NCBI GenBank assembly: GCA_015661155.1
Contig: JACVQK010000011.1
Span: forward strand, 2,963-66,962
Reading direction: 5' to 3'
Source: Dehalococcoidia bacterium
GTDB lineage: Bacteria; Chloroflexota; Dehalococcoidia; Lucifugimonadales; UBA2985
DNA length: 64,000 nucleotides
Shown: in pieces, positions 34,819 to 45,000 of the stretch
How positions within the stretch are numbered: position 1 is the first letter of the stretch
Layout: the number at the start of each line of letters is the position of its first letter
The notes under the pieces: model-generated
What the model saw: only the letters and a program-made list of their open reading frames with translations
The model's database searches: none
Told to the model about the DNA's origin: nothing
Position numbers and translations under genes: made by a program

Positions 34819-36048
34819 ATGAGAACCACTAGGACAAGAAGCGAATGGCGATGGGTCATCCTGGCCGCGGTGGCGTGCCTGCCAGCGGTGGCCTTGAGAT
34901 TTTCAGAGGCAGGGGTAGAGCCAGCCCTTGCCTCCCTTGTCTACGGTGTGGCCATCGTTGGCGCCGCCTTCCTGCTCTCCTGGGCGGCGGAGGCGGCCCA
35001 GGTGGATATTCCCAGCGCTCTGGCTATAGCTATCCTGGCCATCATCACCATTCTACCTGAATACTCCGTTGAGGCGGTTTTGGCATGGAAGGCTGGCAAT
35101 GCCTTTGCGGTGAACCCCGGAGCCCCTGAGATTGGATACGTGGCGGCCAACGTTACCGGCGCCAATCGATTGCTCATCGGGCTTGGCTGGCCGGTGGTGG
35201 TGCTGGCCTTCTGGCTCAGGCGTCGGCATCCCCTGGTGGCGGTTCATGGGCTCCCTCTTGAGATGACGGTGTTGCTTGTCGCCACTCTACTGACCCTGTT
35301 GGTTCTCGTCACTCGGTCCGTGCCACTGTGGCTGGCGGCCGTGCTCATTGGGGTTTACCTCTGGTATCTCTGGTCAAGTTCCCGGGGCAAGAGTGCAGAA
35401 GACCTGGAGATTGCAGGACCTGCGGCCCTCATTGGGGGCCTTTCCCCTCTTCGAAGGCGTTCCATGGTCTTGTCACTGTTCGTCTACTCCGCGGCGGTCA
35501 TAGTGGTGGCCGCAGAGCCCTTCGTGGAGGGTCTCATCCACACCGGATTGAAACTTGGTGTAGATGAGTTTATGCTGATCCAGTGGTTGGCGCCCCTGGC
35601 CTCAGAGGCGCCGGAAATGATCGTCGCCACCCTCTACGCCCTTCGGATCAACCCGGTCATCGGCATCAGGGCTCTCATCTCTGCGTCGGTCAACCAGATG
35701 ACGGTGCTCATCGGAAGCATGCCGGTGGTGTTCAGCCTCGCCCTGGGGCAAGCTCACTCCTTCCCCCTGGGATCGAGGCAACTGGAGGAGTTCCTGCTCA
35801 CCGCCTCTCTCTCGCTCTTCGCCATTGTTCTCTTTGCCAGGATGCGGCTGACCCCCTGGCACGCGCTGGGGCTGCTCGCGTTCTTCTTCGCCCACCTGTT
35901 TTTCCCGGATGAAGGCCAACGGCTGGTTGCTTCCTACGTGCTCCTGGGCCTCACGGCCATCACCCTGGCCCGCGATCCTGGGCGAGCAAAGGCCCTCTTC
36001 TCCATGGCCAGGAGTGTGCTACGACGCGTTCCTTCTGGACAGGTGTAG
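34819..36048 (+). CDS. sodium/calcium exchanger (CaCA) family membrane protein
   Basis: 409 aa with about 10 TM segments and two alpha-repeat-like motifs (ILPEYSVEAV and ASEAPEMIVA) in the two halves. Confidence 0.7.
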   Translation: MRTTRTRSEWRWVILAAVACLPAVALRFSEAGVEPALASLVYGVAIVGAAFLLSWAAEAAQVDIPSALAIAILAIITILPEYSVEAVLAWKAGNAFAVNPGAPEIGYVAANVTGANRLLIGLGWPVVVLAFWLRRRHPLVAVHGLPLEMTVLLVATLLTLLVLVTRSVPLWLAAVLIGVYLWYLWSSSRGKSAEDLEIAGPAALIGGLSPLRRRSMVLSLFVYSAAVIVVAAEPFVEGLIHTGLKLGVDEFMLIQWLAPLASEAPEMIVATLYALRINPVIGIRALISASVNQMTVLIGSMPVVFSLALGQAHSFPLGSRQLEEFLLTASLSLFAIVLFARMRLTPWHALGLLAFFFAHLFFPDEGQRLVASYVLLGLTAITLARDPGRAKALFSMARSVLRRVPSGQV

Positions 36049-36128
36049 CACCCGAAGAATCACTAATGGGACTGGAAGCTCCTATTCAGGTCTGTTGACA
36101 AACCCTGGCCCGGTGATACACTGTAGGC

Positions 36129-36620
36129 ATGGCGGTTCTTTCGGAAACCGAAGCGACCCTTCAGCGCCAGGTGGCCCTGGTTCTGGAGAGCCTGCCCTCC
36201 GTCAGGCGCTGGCTGGTACACGCCGCCCGCGTTCCTGACAGGCCAGAAGGCCATAACCACCTACCCCTGAGTCACGTTCGAGTGCTGCTCGACCTGGCCC
36301 TGTATGGCCCCATGACCATGGGCCAGCTGGCCCGGAGACTAGGCATCTCCTGCTCCACGGCCACGGAGTGCGTTGCAGGCCTGGAGAGCCGTGGTCGGGT
36401 GATGAAGCAGCGCTCCCTCTCGGATCGTCGCCAGGTGATGGTCAGCCTCACTCCAGAGGCCGAGAGGATCGCCTCGCAAGTCCTGGCACAGCGCCAGGGA
36501 GTGGTGGAAAGGGTGATAACGCAGCTCTCGCCGGCCGAGAGACAGGCCTTTGTCAAGGGGCTGACGCTCCTGGGGAGAGAGGTGGAGGAGTGGATTGAGC
36601 GCGTGAGGCCATATGCCTGA
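36129..36620 (+). CDS. marR: MarR family transcriptional regulator
   Basis: Winged-helix core LSHVRVLLDLALYGPMTMGQLARRLGISCSTATECVAGLESRGRVMKQRSLSDRRQVMVSLT. It overlaps the MATE gene by 8 nt. Confidence 0.85.
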   Translation: MAVLSETEATLQRQVALVLESLPSVRRWLVHAARVPDRPEGHNHLPLSHVRVLLDLALYGPMTMGQLARRLGISCSTATECVAGLESRGRVMKQRSLSDRRQVMVSLTPEAERIASQVLAQRQGVVERVITQLSPAERQAFVKGLTLLGREVEEWIERVRPYA

Positions 36621-38076
36621 TGATCCCCAGGCTGCTCCCGGGTCGGACGGCGCTGACGATGTCGAGGTGAAGGCTGAGGCTGTCACGACGTCGCGAGGCA
36701 ACCGTGGGCGGGGAGCAAGAGGCGCTGGCCGAGACCTTACCACGGGCAGTGTCCCCAAGAACCTCTGGCACCTGGCCTGGCCCCAGGTCATAGAGGGGAT
36801 TCTACAGGTTGCGGATCAGATGGTGGACCTGGTGTGGGCGGGCCGCTTGCCAGGGGGCTTCCGCTCCGTTGCTTCCGTGGGGGTAGCCCAGACCTTCAGC
36901 CAGTTTGCCGTCATGGGCCGCCAGGGGTTCGACCAGGCCATGCGGGCCATGATCTCCCGCGCCGTGGGGGCGAACAACGTCCCTTTGGCCAACCACGTCG
37001 CCCTCCAGGCCTTCACCCTGAGCACTGCCTACTCGGTGATAATGGTCTTCGTCGGCTTTTTCCTCACCGACGTGTTTCTCCGGTTGCTTGGGGCGAGCGA
37101 TGCGCTGCAGGCCGAGACGGCCATGTATATGCGAATCCAGTTTATCGGCGCGGCTTCCCAGGCCTTTCGCATGATGGGCGGCGGGGCCCTTCAGGCTGCC
37201 GGGGATGTGATCACTCCCATGAAGGCCACCTTGCTGTCCCGGGTGATCCACATCATCCTCACTCCCTTCCTGATGTTTGGCTGGTGGGGATTTCCCCATC
37301 TTGGCCTGGCAGGAGCCGCTCTGTCCAACGTCATAGCCCAGCTCATTCCCTGCGTCATCATCTACTACGCCCTCTTCAAAGGGACCTCCCGCCTGAAGCT
37401 GAGCCTCCAGGGATTCCGTCTAGACTTTCCTGTGATCTGGCGGATAGTCAAGATCGGCACCCCCGCCTCTATAGGGGGCACCGAAAGGGCCGTGGGACAA
37501 CTGGTGCTCATGGGCCTGGTGTCGCCCTTTGGAGACGTGGCCCTGGCAGGCTACGCCATCACCCGGCGCGTGGAGATGGTCGCCAACTTTGCCAGCATGG
37601 GCCTGGGAAACGCCTCGGGCATCATGGTGGGTCAGAACCTGGGGGCAAATCGCCCGGACCGGGCACGGCAATCCATAGGCTGGGCCCTGGTTTACGTCGT
37701 CACTATGAAGGCCGTGGCAGGGGGAATCATCGCTCTATTCGCAGGGGCCATTGTCATGATCTTCACCAGCGACCCAGAGGTGGTGGAGCTCACCACTTTC
37801 TGGCTGCGCATTCAGATGATCGCAGCCGTCGTTCAGGGCCTATCCCTGGTTTTCAATCAGTCCTTCAACACCGCCGGCGACACCCTGGCTCCCATGCTGG
37901 TTATCCTTGCGGGGATGTGGTTGGTAGAGGTGCCCCTGGCCTGGAGCCTGATCCACTACACTGGACTTGGCCCCGTGGCCATCGCCTACGCTGCCATAGC
38001 GGGTTTTTCAGCGCGGATCATAGTTTACATCCCCTACTTCTTCGCCGGGCGCTGGACCAGGGTGAAGGTGATTTGA
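36613..38076 (+). CDS. MATE family efflux transporter, tandem paralog 1
   Basis: 487 aa with 12 TM segments. A charged N-terminal extension of about 45 aa precedes the MATE core (NLWHLAWPQVIEGILQ...). Confidence 0.85.
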   Translation: MPDDPQAAPGSDGADDVEVKAEAVTTSRGNRGRGARGAGRDLTTGSVPKNLWHLAWPQVIEGILQVADQMVDLVWAGRLPGGFRSVASVGVAQTFSQFAVMGRQGFDQAMRAMISRAVGANNVPLANHVALQAFTLSTAYSVIMVFVGFFLTDVFLRLLGASDALQAETAMYMRIQFIGAASQAFRMMGGGALQAAGDVITPMKATLLSRVIHIILTPFLMFGWWGFPHLGLAGAALSNVIAQLIPCVIIYYALFKGTSRLKLSLQGFRLDFPVIWRIVKIGTPASIGGTERAVGQLVLMGLVSPFGDVALAGYAITRRVEMVANFASMGLGNASGIMVGQNLGANRPDRARQSIGWALVYVVTMKAVAGGIIALFAGAIVMIFTSDPEVVELTTFWLRIQMIAAVVQGLSLVFNQSFNTAGDTLAPMLVILAGMWLVEVPLAWSLIHYTGLGPVAIAYAAIAGFSARIIVYIPYFFAGRWTRVKVI

Positions 38077-38125
38077 CTCCCAAGGGTGAGACCTTCGACA
38101 GGCTCAGGACATGCTTGTGGAACCA

Positions 38126-38207
38126 CGAGAGGACCGCCTCGCAAGTCCTGGCACAGCACCAAAGAGTGTTGGAGAAACGGATTGAGCGCGTGAGGCCATA
38201 TGTCTAG
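38126..38207 (+). pseudogene. relic of the marR 3' end, duplicated together with the MATE gene
   Basis: Reads ..ERTASQVLAQHQRVLEKRIERVRPYV*, against marR ..ERIASQVLAQRQGVVERV...EEWIERVRPYA*. About 90 nt are missing internally. It has the same 8-nt stop/start overlap with the following MATE gene. Confidence 0.75.
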
Positions 38208-39663
38208 TGATCCCCAGGGTGCTCCCGGGTCGGACGGCGCTAATGATGTCGAGACAAGGGCTGAGGCTGTCACGACATCGCGTGGCAACCGTGGGCGGGG
38301 AGCAAGGAGCGCTGGCCGAGACCTCACCACGGGTAGCATCCCCAAGAATCTGTGGCACCTGGCATGGCCCCAGGTTGTCGAAGGCATCCTTAGTGTTGCT
38401 GACCAGCTGGTGGACCTGGTCTGGGCGGGCCGCTTGCCTGGGGGCTTTCGCAGCATTGCCGGCGTAGGTGTTGGGCAGAGCTTCACCCAGTTCGGCATGA
38501 TGGCCCGTCAGGGGCTTGATCAATCCTCGAGGGCCATGGTGTCTAGAGCCGTGGGCGCAGGGAATATTCCCCTGGCAAACCACATTGTCTTGCAGAGTTT
38601 CGCCCTCACTGGCATCTACAGCCTTCTGATGATCCTTGTTGGCCTTCTCCTCACCGATGTGCTTCTCAAGGTAATTGGTGCCAGCCAAGCGGTGCAGGCC
38701 GAGACGGCCATGTACATGCGTATCCAGTTCATAGGCTCGGCGACCATGGGCTTCCGTATGGCCAGCGGGGCGGCTCTTCAGTCCGCTGGCGATGTGATCA
38801 CCCCCATGAAAGCCACCATGATAACCCGTGGGATACACATCGTCCTCACACCGTTCTTGATCTTTGGCTGGTGGTGGTTCCCCTACCTTGGCCTGCCCGG
38901 CGCCGCCCTGGCCAACGTGCTGGCCCAACTCATCGGATGCGTCATCAACTTCTACGTCCTATTCCACGGAACCTCACGTCTGCATCTAACGTTGCGGGGA
39001 TACCGGGTGGACTATCCCCTACTCTGGCGCATGACCAAGATTGCTACCCCTGCCTCTATAGCAGGGACAGAAAGGGCCACGGCGCAACTGATCCTCCTGC
39101 GCTTTGTGACGCCCTTTGGAGACGTGGCTTTGGCCGCCTACTCTCTAACGCGACGCATGGAGATGTTCTCCAACTTCGGCAGCATGGGCGTGGGGCAGGC
39201 AGCAGGCATCATGGTGGGGCAAAACTTGGGGGTACAACGCGCAGACCGGGCACGGCAATCGGTGGGGTGGGCACTGGTGTACGTAAGCATGCTCAAGGCG
39301 GTCATCACCCTCCTGGTCATGACCTTCCCCGCAGCCATTGTCATGCTCTTCACCCGGGAGGGGGAGGTGGTGGAACTGGCGTCGGTCTGGCTGCGCATCC
39401 AGATGATCGCCTCCATTTTCATGGGCCTGTCCATGGTCTTCCAGCAGTCGTACAACACGGCTGGGGACACCCTTGCCCCCATGGTGGTTACCATGGTGGC
39501 GGTCTTTGGCATTGAACTACCCCTGGCCTGGGTGCTAAGCCACACCCTCGGCATCGGCCCCCTGGGAGTTGGCTATGCCTCCATCGCAGGCATGGGGGCC
39601 CGGCTGATGTGCTATGTCCCCTACTTTTTCTGGGGACGCTGGCTCAAGGTTAAGGTGATCTAG
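38200..39663 (+). CDS. MATE family efflux transporter, tandem paralog 2
   Basis: 487 aa, the same length as paralog 1. The N-terminal about 60 aa are nearly identical to paralog 1, while the transmembrane body is clearly more diverged. Confidence 0.85.
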   Translation: MSSDPQGAPGSDGANDVETRAEAVTTSRGNRGRGARSAGRDLTTGSIPKNLWHLAWPQVVEGILSVADQLVDLVWAGRLPGGFRSIAGVGVGQSFTQFGMMARQGLDQSSRAMVSRAVGAGNIPLANHIVLQSFALTGIYSLLMILVGLLLTDVLLKVIGASQAVQAETAMYMRIQFIGSATMGFRMASGAALQSAGDVITPMKATMITRGIHIVLTPFLIFGWWWFPYLGLPGAALANVLAQLIGCVINFYVLFHGTSRLHLTLRGYRVDYPLLWRMTKIATPASIAGTERATAQLILLRFVTPFGDVALAAYSLTRRMEMFSNFGSMGVGQAAGIMVGQNLGVQRADRARQSVGWALVYVSMLKAVITLLVMTFPAAIVMLFTREGEVVELASVWLRIQMIASIFMGLSMVFQQSYNTAGDTLAPMVVTMVAVFGIELPLAWVLSHTLGIGPLGVGYASIAGMGARLMCYVPYFFWGRWLKVKVI

Positions 39664-39668
39664 CTCCT

Positions 39669-39814
39669 GACAGGGTGCTGAAGAAACCCTTCGACCATCC
39701 CCCTGGCCCCCTTCCTAGCCAGGAAGGGGGAAGGATTCATATCTGAGGGACACCCTCAGACCCCCGGCAAAGGGGCTTCGCCCCTCTGCACTCCCCTTTT
39801 CCAGCAACCTGCTG
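39669..39814. repeat. family-A repeat, copy A8
   Basis: Order T-P1-P2(variant CTGAGGGACACCCTCAG)-P3. Confidence 0.85.
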
Positions 39815-39877
39815 GAAACACCAGATTACGCTTCCGCGGTTTCCCTACCGACAAGAAGCCTCTCCGGCCACCGTCCC

Positions 39878-41734
39878 CTATCGGTAGCCCTGGGCCTGGA
39901 GGGAGAAGAGCCGCGCATACACCCCGCCCAGACTTACCAGCTCCGCGTGGCTGCCCATCTCGATGACACGACCCCCCTCCAGCACCACGATGCGATCGGC
40001 CATGCGCACGGTGGAGAAGCGATGGGAGATGAGCACCGCGATCTTACCTGACGTCAGCTCTCCGAAGCGTCGGAACACGGCGTACTCGGCCTCGGCGTCC
40101 AGGCTAGCGGTAGGCTCGTCCAGCACAACGATATCGGCATCGCGCATGAAGGCGCGGGAGAGCGCCACCTTCTGCCACTCCCCCACGGAAAGGTCGCTGC
40201 CCTCCCAGCGCCGCCCCAGCAGCGTTTGATAGCCCTTGGGAAGCCTCTCGATGATGGGATGAGCGCCACCCTTCTCGGCCGCTGCCATCACCTGGAGCAG
40301 GTCCTCCACCTTATCCACCTGGCCGAACCCGATGTTCTCCTGGGCTGTGAGGTGGTAGCGCACGTAGTCCTGGAAGATCACTCCTATACGGCTGCGCAGG
40401 CTCTCCAGGCTGTACTCCCGCAGGTCCACGCCATCCAGCAGAACCTGCCCCTCGGTAGGGTCATAGAGACGCGTCAGCAGCTTGACCAGCGTTGTCTTGC
40501 CCGCCCCGTTCAAACCCACCAGGGCAATGCGTTCCCCCGGTTTGATGTGCAAACTAATGTCCCGCAGCACCCACTGCTCCACGCCAGGGTAGCGGAAAGA
40601 CACGTTGACAAACTCGATGCCCCGGGTGATGGAGACGGGAACAGGACGGCCTGCGCCGTCAGGGGACATGGTGGACTCCAGGGCCAGAAAGTCGAAGAGG
40701 TGGTCCAGGAACAGGTTGTTCTCGTACAAGCGTCCAAGGCCATCCACTATGGAACGGAAGGAGCTCTGCGCCTGGCGGAAGATGGTGAGGTACATGGTCA
40801 TGTCGCCCAGGGTGATGGTCCCCGAGACGGCCCGCCAAAGCACCCAGGAGTAGCTGCCGTAGTAGCTCACCGTGGAGAGGAGTCCCCACCCCAGGCTGGC
40901 GCCCGTGCGGCGCAGCGCCAGGGCACGGTCCTCCGCGTAGAACTTCCAGTACAGGGTGTGGTAGCGCCTCAGCAGGGTATCCCCCAGGTTGAAGAGCTTT
41001 ATCTCCTTGGCGCTGCTCTGCCCCGTCAATAGCTCCTCCAGGTATCTCAGGAGACGCGACTCCGGCACGCGCCAGCTTATGACGCGGAAGAACATGTTGG
41101 CGTACCTGGACTGGGCGATGAAGGACGGCGCAGTAGCGCCAAAGAGAATCAAAGCCAGCCACGGGCTGAAGCGGAAGAGGAGCGCGCCCAGAGAGACGAG
41201 GGTCACCAGGCCCTGTACCAGGGCGAAGCTGTCGGTGACGACCCGCAACGCCCTGGTATCCGCGTCGCGCCGAGCGTTCTCCAGCTTATTGTAGAACTGC
41301 CCATCCTCGAAGAATCGCAGGTCCAGAGCCAGGGCTTTGCGGATGATGAGGCTGTTCACATAGTTGGTCAGTCGTGCGTGCATCACGTGCTCCACCAGGG
41401 AGCGCACCTGCCCTATGAGGGTGCCAGCAAAAATCAGTGCGAACTCCAGGCCAAGGTACGGCACTACGTGGGCAAACCCCTGGGATGGCGGCAACTCCTG
41501 ACGGATGGCAGCCACGACGCCGTCTACAATCAGCTTGCCCACCCATGCCTGCGCGGCAGGCAGCAAGGCCGGCAGCAGCGTGAGCACCGTCATGGACAGG
41601 GTTACTCCAGGTCCGCACTTCCACACCAGACCAAAGGCACGCGGCGTGTTGTTGAAAGCCACCGCTACCCCGCGCACCTTTGCCAACCACGTTGCCACCA
41701 CGGCATTTGGAACATGACCATTCTGTTTACTCAT
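39878..41734 (-). CDS. ABC exporter, fused permease and ATPase (MsbA / multidrug type)
   Basis: 618 aa. The N-terminal half has 6 TM segments. Walker A GLNGAGKTT, signature LSVGEWQKV, Walker B IVVLDEPT. Confidence 0.9.
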   Translation of the reverse strand: MSKQNGHVPNAVVATWLAKVRGVAVAFNNTPRAFGLVWKCGPGVTLSMTVLTLLPALLPAAQAWVGKLIVDGVVAAIRQELPPSQGFAHVVPYLGLEFALIFAGTLIGQVRSLVEHVMHARLTNYVNSLIIRKALALDLRFFEDGQFYNKLENARRDADTRALRVVTDSFALVQGLVTLVSLGALLFRFSPWLALILFGATAPSFIAQSRYANMFFRVISWRVPESRLLRYLEELLTGQSSAKEIKLFNLGDTLLRRYHTLYWKFYAEDRALALRRTGASLGWGLLSTVSYYGSYSWVLWRAVSGTITLGDMTMYLTIFRQAQSSFRSIVDGLGRLYENNLFLDHLFDFLALESTMSPDGAGRPVPVSITRGIEFVNVSFRYPGVEQWVLRDISLHIKPGERIALVGLNGAGKTTLVKLLTRLYDPTEGQVLLDGVDLREYSLESLRSRIGVIFQDYVRYHLTAQENIGFGQVDKVEDLLQVMAAAEKGGAHPIIERLPKGYQTLLGRRWEGSDLSVGEWQKVALSRAFMRDADIVVLDEPTASLDAEAEYAVFRRFGELTSGKIAVLISHRFSTVRMADRIVVLEGGRVIEMGSHAELVSLGGVYARLFSLQAQGYR

Positions 41735-41779
41735 ATCGCTTTGCTCCCTTGCTCAACTGGCCCCTGGATACCTCGCCCT

Positions 41780-41930
41780 AACAGGGTGTTGAAAAATCCC
41801 TTCGACCATCCCCCTGTCCCCCTTCCTGGCCAGGAAGGGGGTAAATTTTGTATCTGGGGGACACCCCCAGACCCCACCAGAAGGGGCTTTGCCCCCTCTG
41901 GACTCCCCCTTTCCCTCACCCTGTGCTGAG
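41780..41930. repeat. family-A repeat, copy A9
   Basis: Order T-P1-P2-P3. Confidence 0.85.
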
Positions 41931-42084
41931 CAGTCCCCTGTAACCCAGTGTACACTGCAAGCGTTCCCTGGAAAATCCCTTTGAGATACTCTACTATGAT
42001 GCCAATGAGCAGAGGTCACGGGCAATGCGCGCCCCTTGGGAGCGATCTGCCCTGGCAAGTTTCGCCTCGCGAGGACGCGTGAAC

Positions 42085-45000
42085 ATGAACGCACACCCCC
42101 AGGAAGGGGTCGAGGCTCGTACCCAGGAGCTGGGGCGCGTCTTGTACACGCGCCTCCAGGCCCACCGGCCCTTCATGAGCGAGGGGCCCCAGGACTGGCT
42201 GATGGCCCTGCTCATGGGAGACCAGGCGCTGCGAAACCGCCTCCTGCGCCTGGTGGACGTCCTGGCGGTTTTCCCTGACGACCTGTCCGGCTCTCAGACG
42301 GCCTCCCTCTTTCGCGAGTACTTCGGGTCAGACCTGCGGCACCTGCCGGGCTGGTCGCGGCTCCTTCTCGCGACGGCCCGTTCCCCCCTGGTGCCAAGTC
42401 CCCTGTTGGCCTGGTTGCTCAGGCGCGGCACGCGGCTGGTCGCAGGACGATTCGTTGTCCAGTCAGGGCCGGGCAGCCTGGAGAATAGCCTTGGACGCCT
42501 GGCGAAGGAGGGGCGTTACCCCACCTTCGACCTCCTGGGCGAGGCGGTCCTGGGCGAGGAGGAGGCCCTTCGATACCGCGCGGGATACCTGGAACTGCTG
42601 GAGCGGCTGGGCCGTCACCCGCTGGCCCGTCGCCGGACGCCGGGGGGCGCGCCGTGCCTTGAAGTCTCTCTAAAGCTCAGCTCGCTGAGTTGTCAGTTCA
42701 ACCCGGCGGACCCGGAGGGGACGCTGCGTCGGGTGAGGCCACCCCTGACGGAGCTCTGCCTTGCCGCCCAGGCGCGCGGCATCGGCGTCACCATAGACGC
42801 CGAGCAGTACCGGTACCGGGAGCTGGCATGGCACATCTTCCAGGAGACCATGTCGCCCGGCGGGCCCCAGGTGACGGCCTTCGCCCGCCGACGGGGCACC
42901 CCCTTTCGTGTCCGGTTGGTGAAGGGGGCCTACTGGGACCAGGAGGTCATCGTCGCCGAGCAGGCTGGCTGGCCCGTTCCGGTCTACCGGGACAAGAACG
43001 CCACCGACCTCACCTTCCAGCGCATCCTGGGTCTCCTCCTGGAGACCTCGCCTCTCACCCAGGTCGCGGTGGCGAGCCATAACGTCCGCGCCCACGCCCA
43101 CGCGGAGGCGGTGAGGGAGGCCGTGGGCCTGCCCGAGGGTGCCGTCGAGCACCAGACCCTGTACGGAACCCTGGCGGGGCTGAGCCAGGCCCTGCCCCAG
43201 ATGGGCTGGGTGGCCCGGGACTACGTTCCCGTGGGAGACCTGATAACCGGCATGGCCTACCTGGTACGGCGCATCCTGGAGAACACCTCCCAGGCAGGCT
43301 TTCTGGCCAGGAACCGCCTCCGGGAGGATGCCGCAGAGCTCCTGCGAGCGCCCCAGCCCGGCCCCGAGGACCTCTCCTACCGGCGACCGCCTCACTCGAC
43401 GGGATTCGTCAACACCCCCGCCCCACGCCTCTTCGACGCCGTCGAACGGGAACGGTTCCAGCGCGCCCTGGCGGAGACGCGGGCCCGGTGGGGCGCTACC
43501 TACCCCCTTCACCTAGGCAGCGAGGTGCTGACCTCCTCCCATCTAGTTCCGTCGTGCAGCCCATCGCACCCCGACCCGTCCCACCCGGTGGGTTGGGTTC
43601 ATCTGGCGAACTTGGAGGAGACGGAGCGCGCCATCGCCGTGACCAACACCGCCGCGCCCTTGTGGGCGGCCACGTCCGTGGCTGAACGGGCAGCTATAGG
43701 CTTACGGGCCGCCGAGATTCTGCGGGCCCGCAAGGAGGAGGTGGGGGCCTGGGTGGTGCACGAGGGCGGGCGCACCTGGCCCGAGGCCCTGGCCGACGTG
43801 GAGGAGGCCATCGACCACATCGCCTGGAACGCCCATGAACTCCACCGGCTGGCCCACCAGATAGAGGAGAGCTACAGGCCCCTGGGCGTGGTGGCCTGCA
43901 TCCCGCCCTGGAACTTCCCCACCGCCCTGGCGGCAGGCATGACCAGCGCGGCCCTCATGGCGGGAAACGCGGTCATCCTGAAGTCGGCGGGGCCCACTCC
44001 CATCGTTGCCCAGGCCCTTGTCCAGCTCCTTCACGAGGCAGGCATCCCCAGGGATGTCCTCATTCACCTTCCTGGGCCAGGCAGCACCGTGGGGGCACGG
44101 CTTGTAGAGAGCCCCGATGTGGACATGGTGGCCTTCACCGGGTCGAAAGAGGTGGGCACCTGGATTCACAGAACCGCCTCGCGCGTGGCGCTGCGCAAGG
44201 GCGGCCTCAAGCGTGTTATCGCGGAGATGGGCGGGAAGAACGCCATCGTGGTCTTCCCGGACGCCGACATGGACGAGGCCGTCTCCGGCATCCTGGTCTC
44301 CGCCTTCGGCCACGCCGGGCAGAAGTGCTCCGCGTGCAGCCGCGTTCTGGCGCACCGGAGGGTGTATGGGCAGCTTGCCCATCGCCTGGTGGAGGCGGCA
44401 CGGAGCCTTCCCGTCGGCCCCGCAGACGACCCCGGCACCATAATCAACCCCGTCATCGACTCCGCGGCGCGCGCCCGCATCGCCTCCTACGGGGAGATGG
44501 CGCGCCGGGAGGGACGCGTCCTCCTGGACGCCCTGGACAGTGACCAGCAGGGCAGCCTGAACATCGGCCCCCTCATCGTCGAGGTGGAGGCGTCCAAGGC
44601 GAGAACGGCGCGAGTGGCCCAGGAGGAGATATTCGGCCCCATCCTTACCCTGACCCCCTTTGACACGGAAGAGGAGGCGGTCTCCCTGGCTAACAGCACC
44701 GTTTACGCCCTCACCCTGGGGGTCTTCTCCCGCAGCCCCGGGACCGTGGCCCGCATGGTGCAAAGCTGCCGTGCCGCCAACATCTACGTCAACCGCGAGA
44801 TCACCGGCGCGCGGGTCGGCATCGAGCCTTTCGGCGGATTCCAGCTCTCCGGGACCGGCCCCAAGGCCGGGAGCGAGGAGTATCTCCTGGCATACCTTAC
44901 TCGCCGCTCCGGGTTCCGCGCCGCGGGCGAGCCTTTGCAGGATAGCCAAGGCCCAAACGTCGGCGAAGGCTTCCCGGCCAGGGTGGGAACATGGGAGCTT

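Noticed and set aside
36834-38207. A 457-aa ORF overlapping MATE paralog 1 in a different frame.
   Set aside because: It is low-complexity and Arg/Gly/Pro/His-rich, with no recognisable protein signature. Only its last about 26 codons are meaningful, and those are annotated separately as the marR relic.
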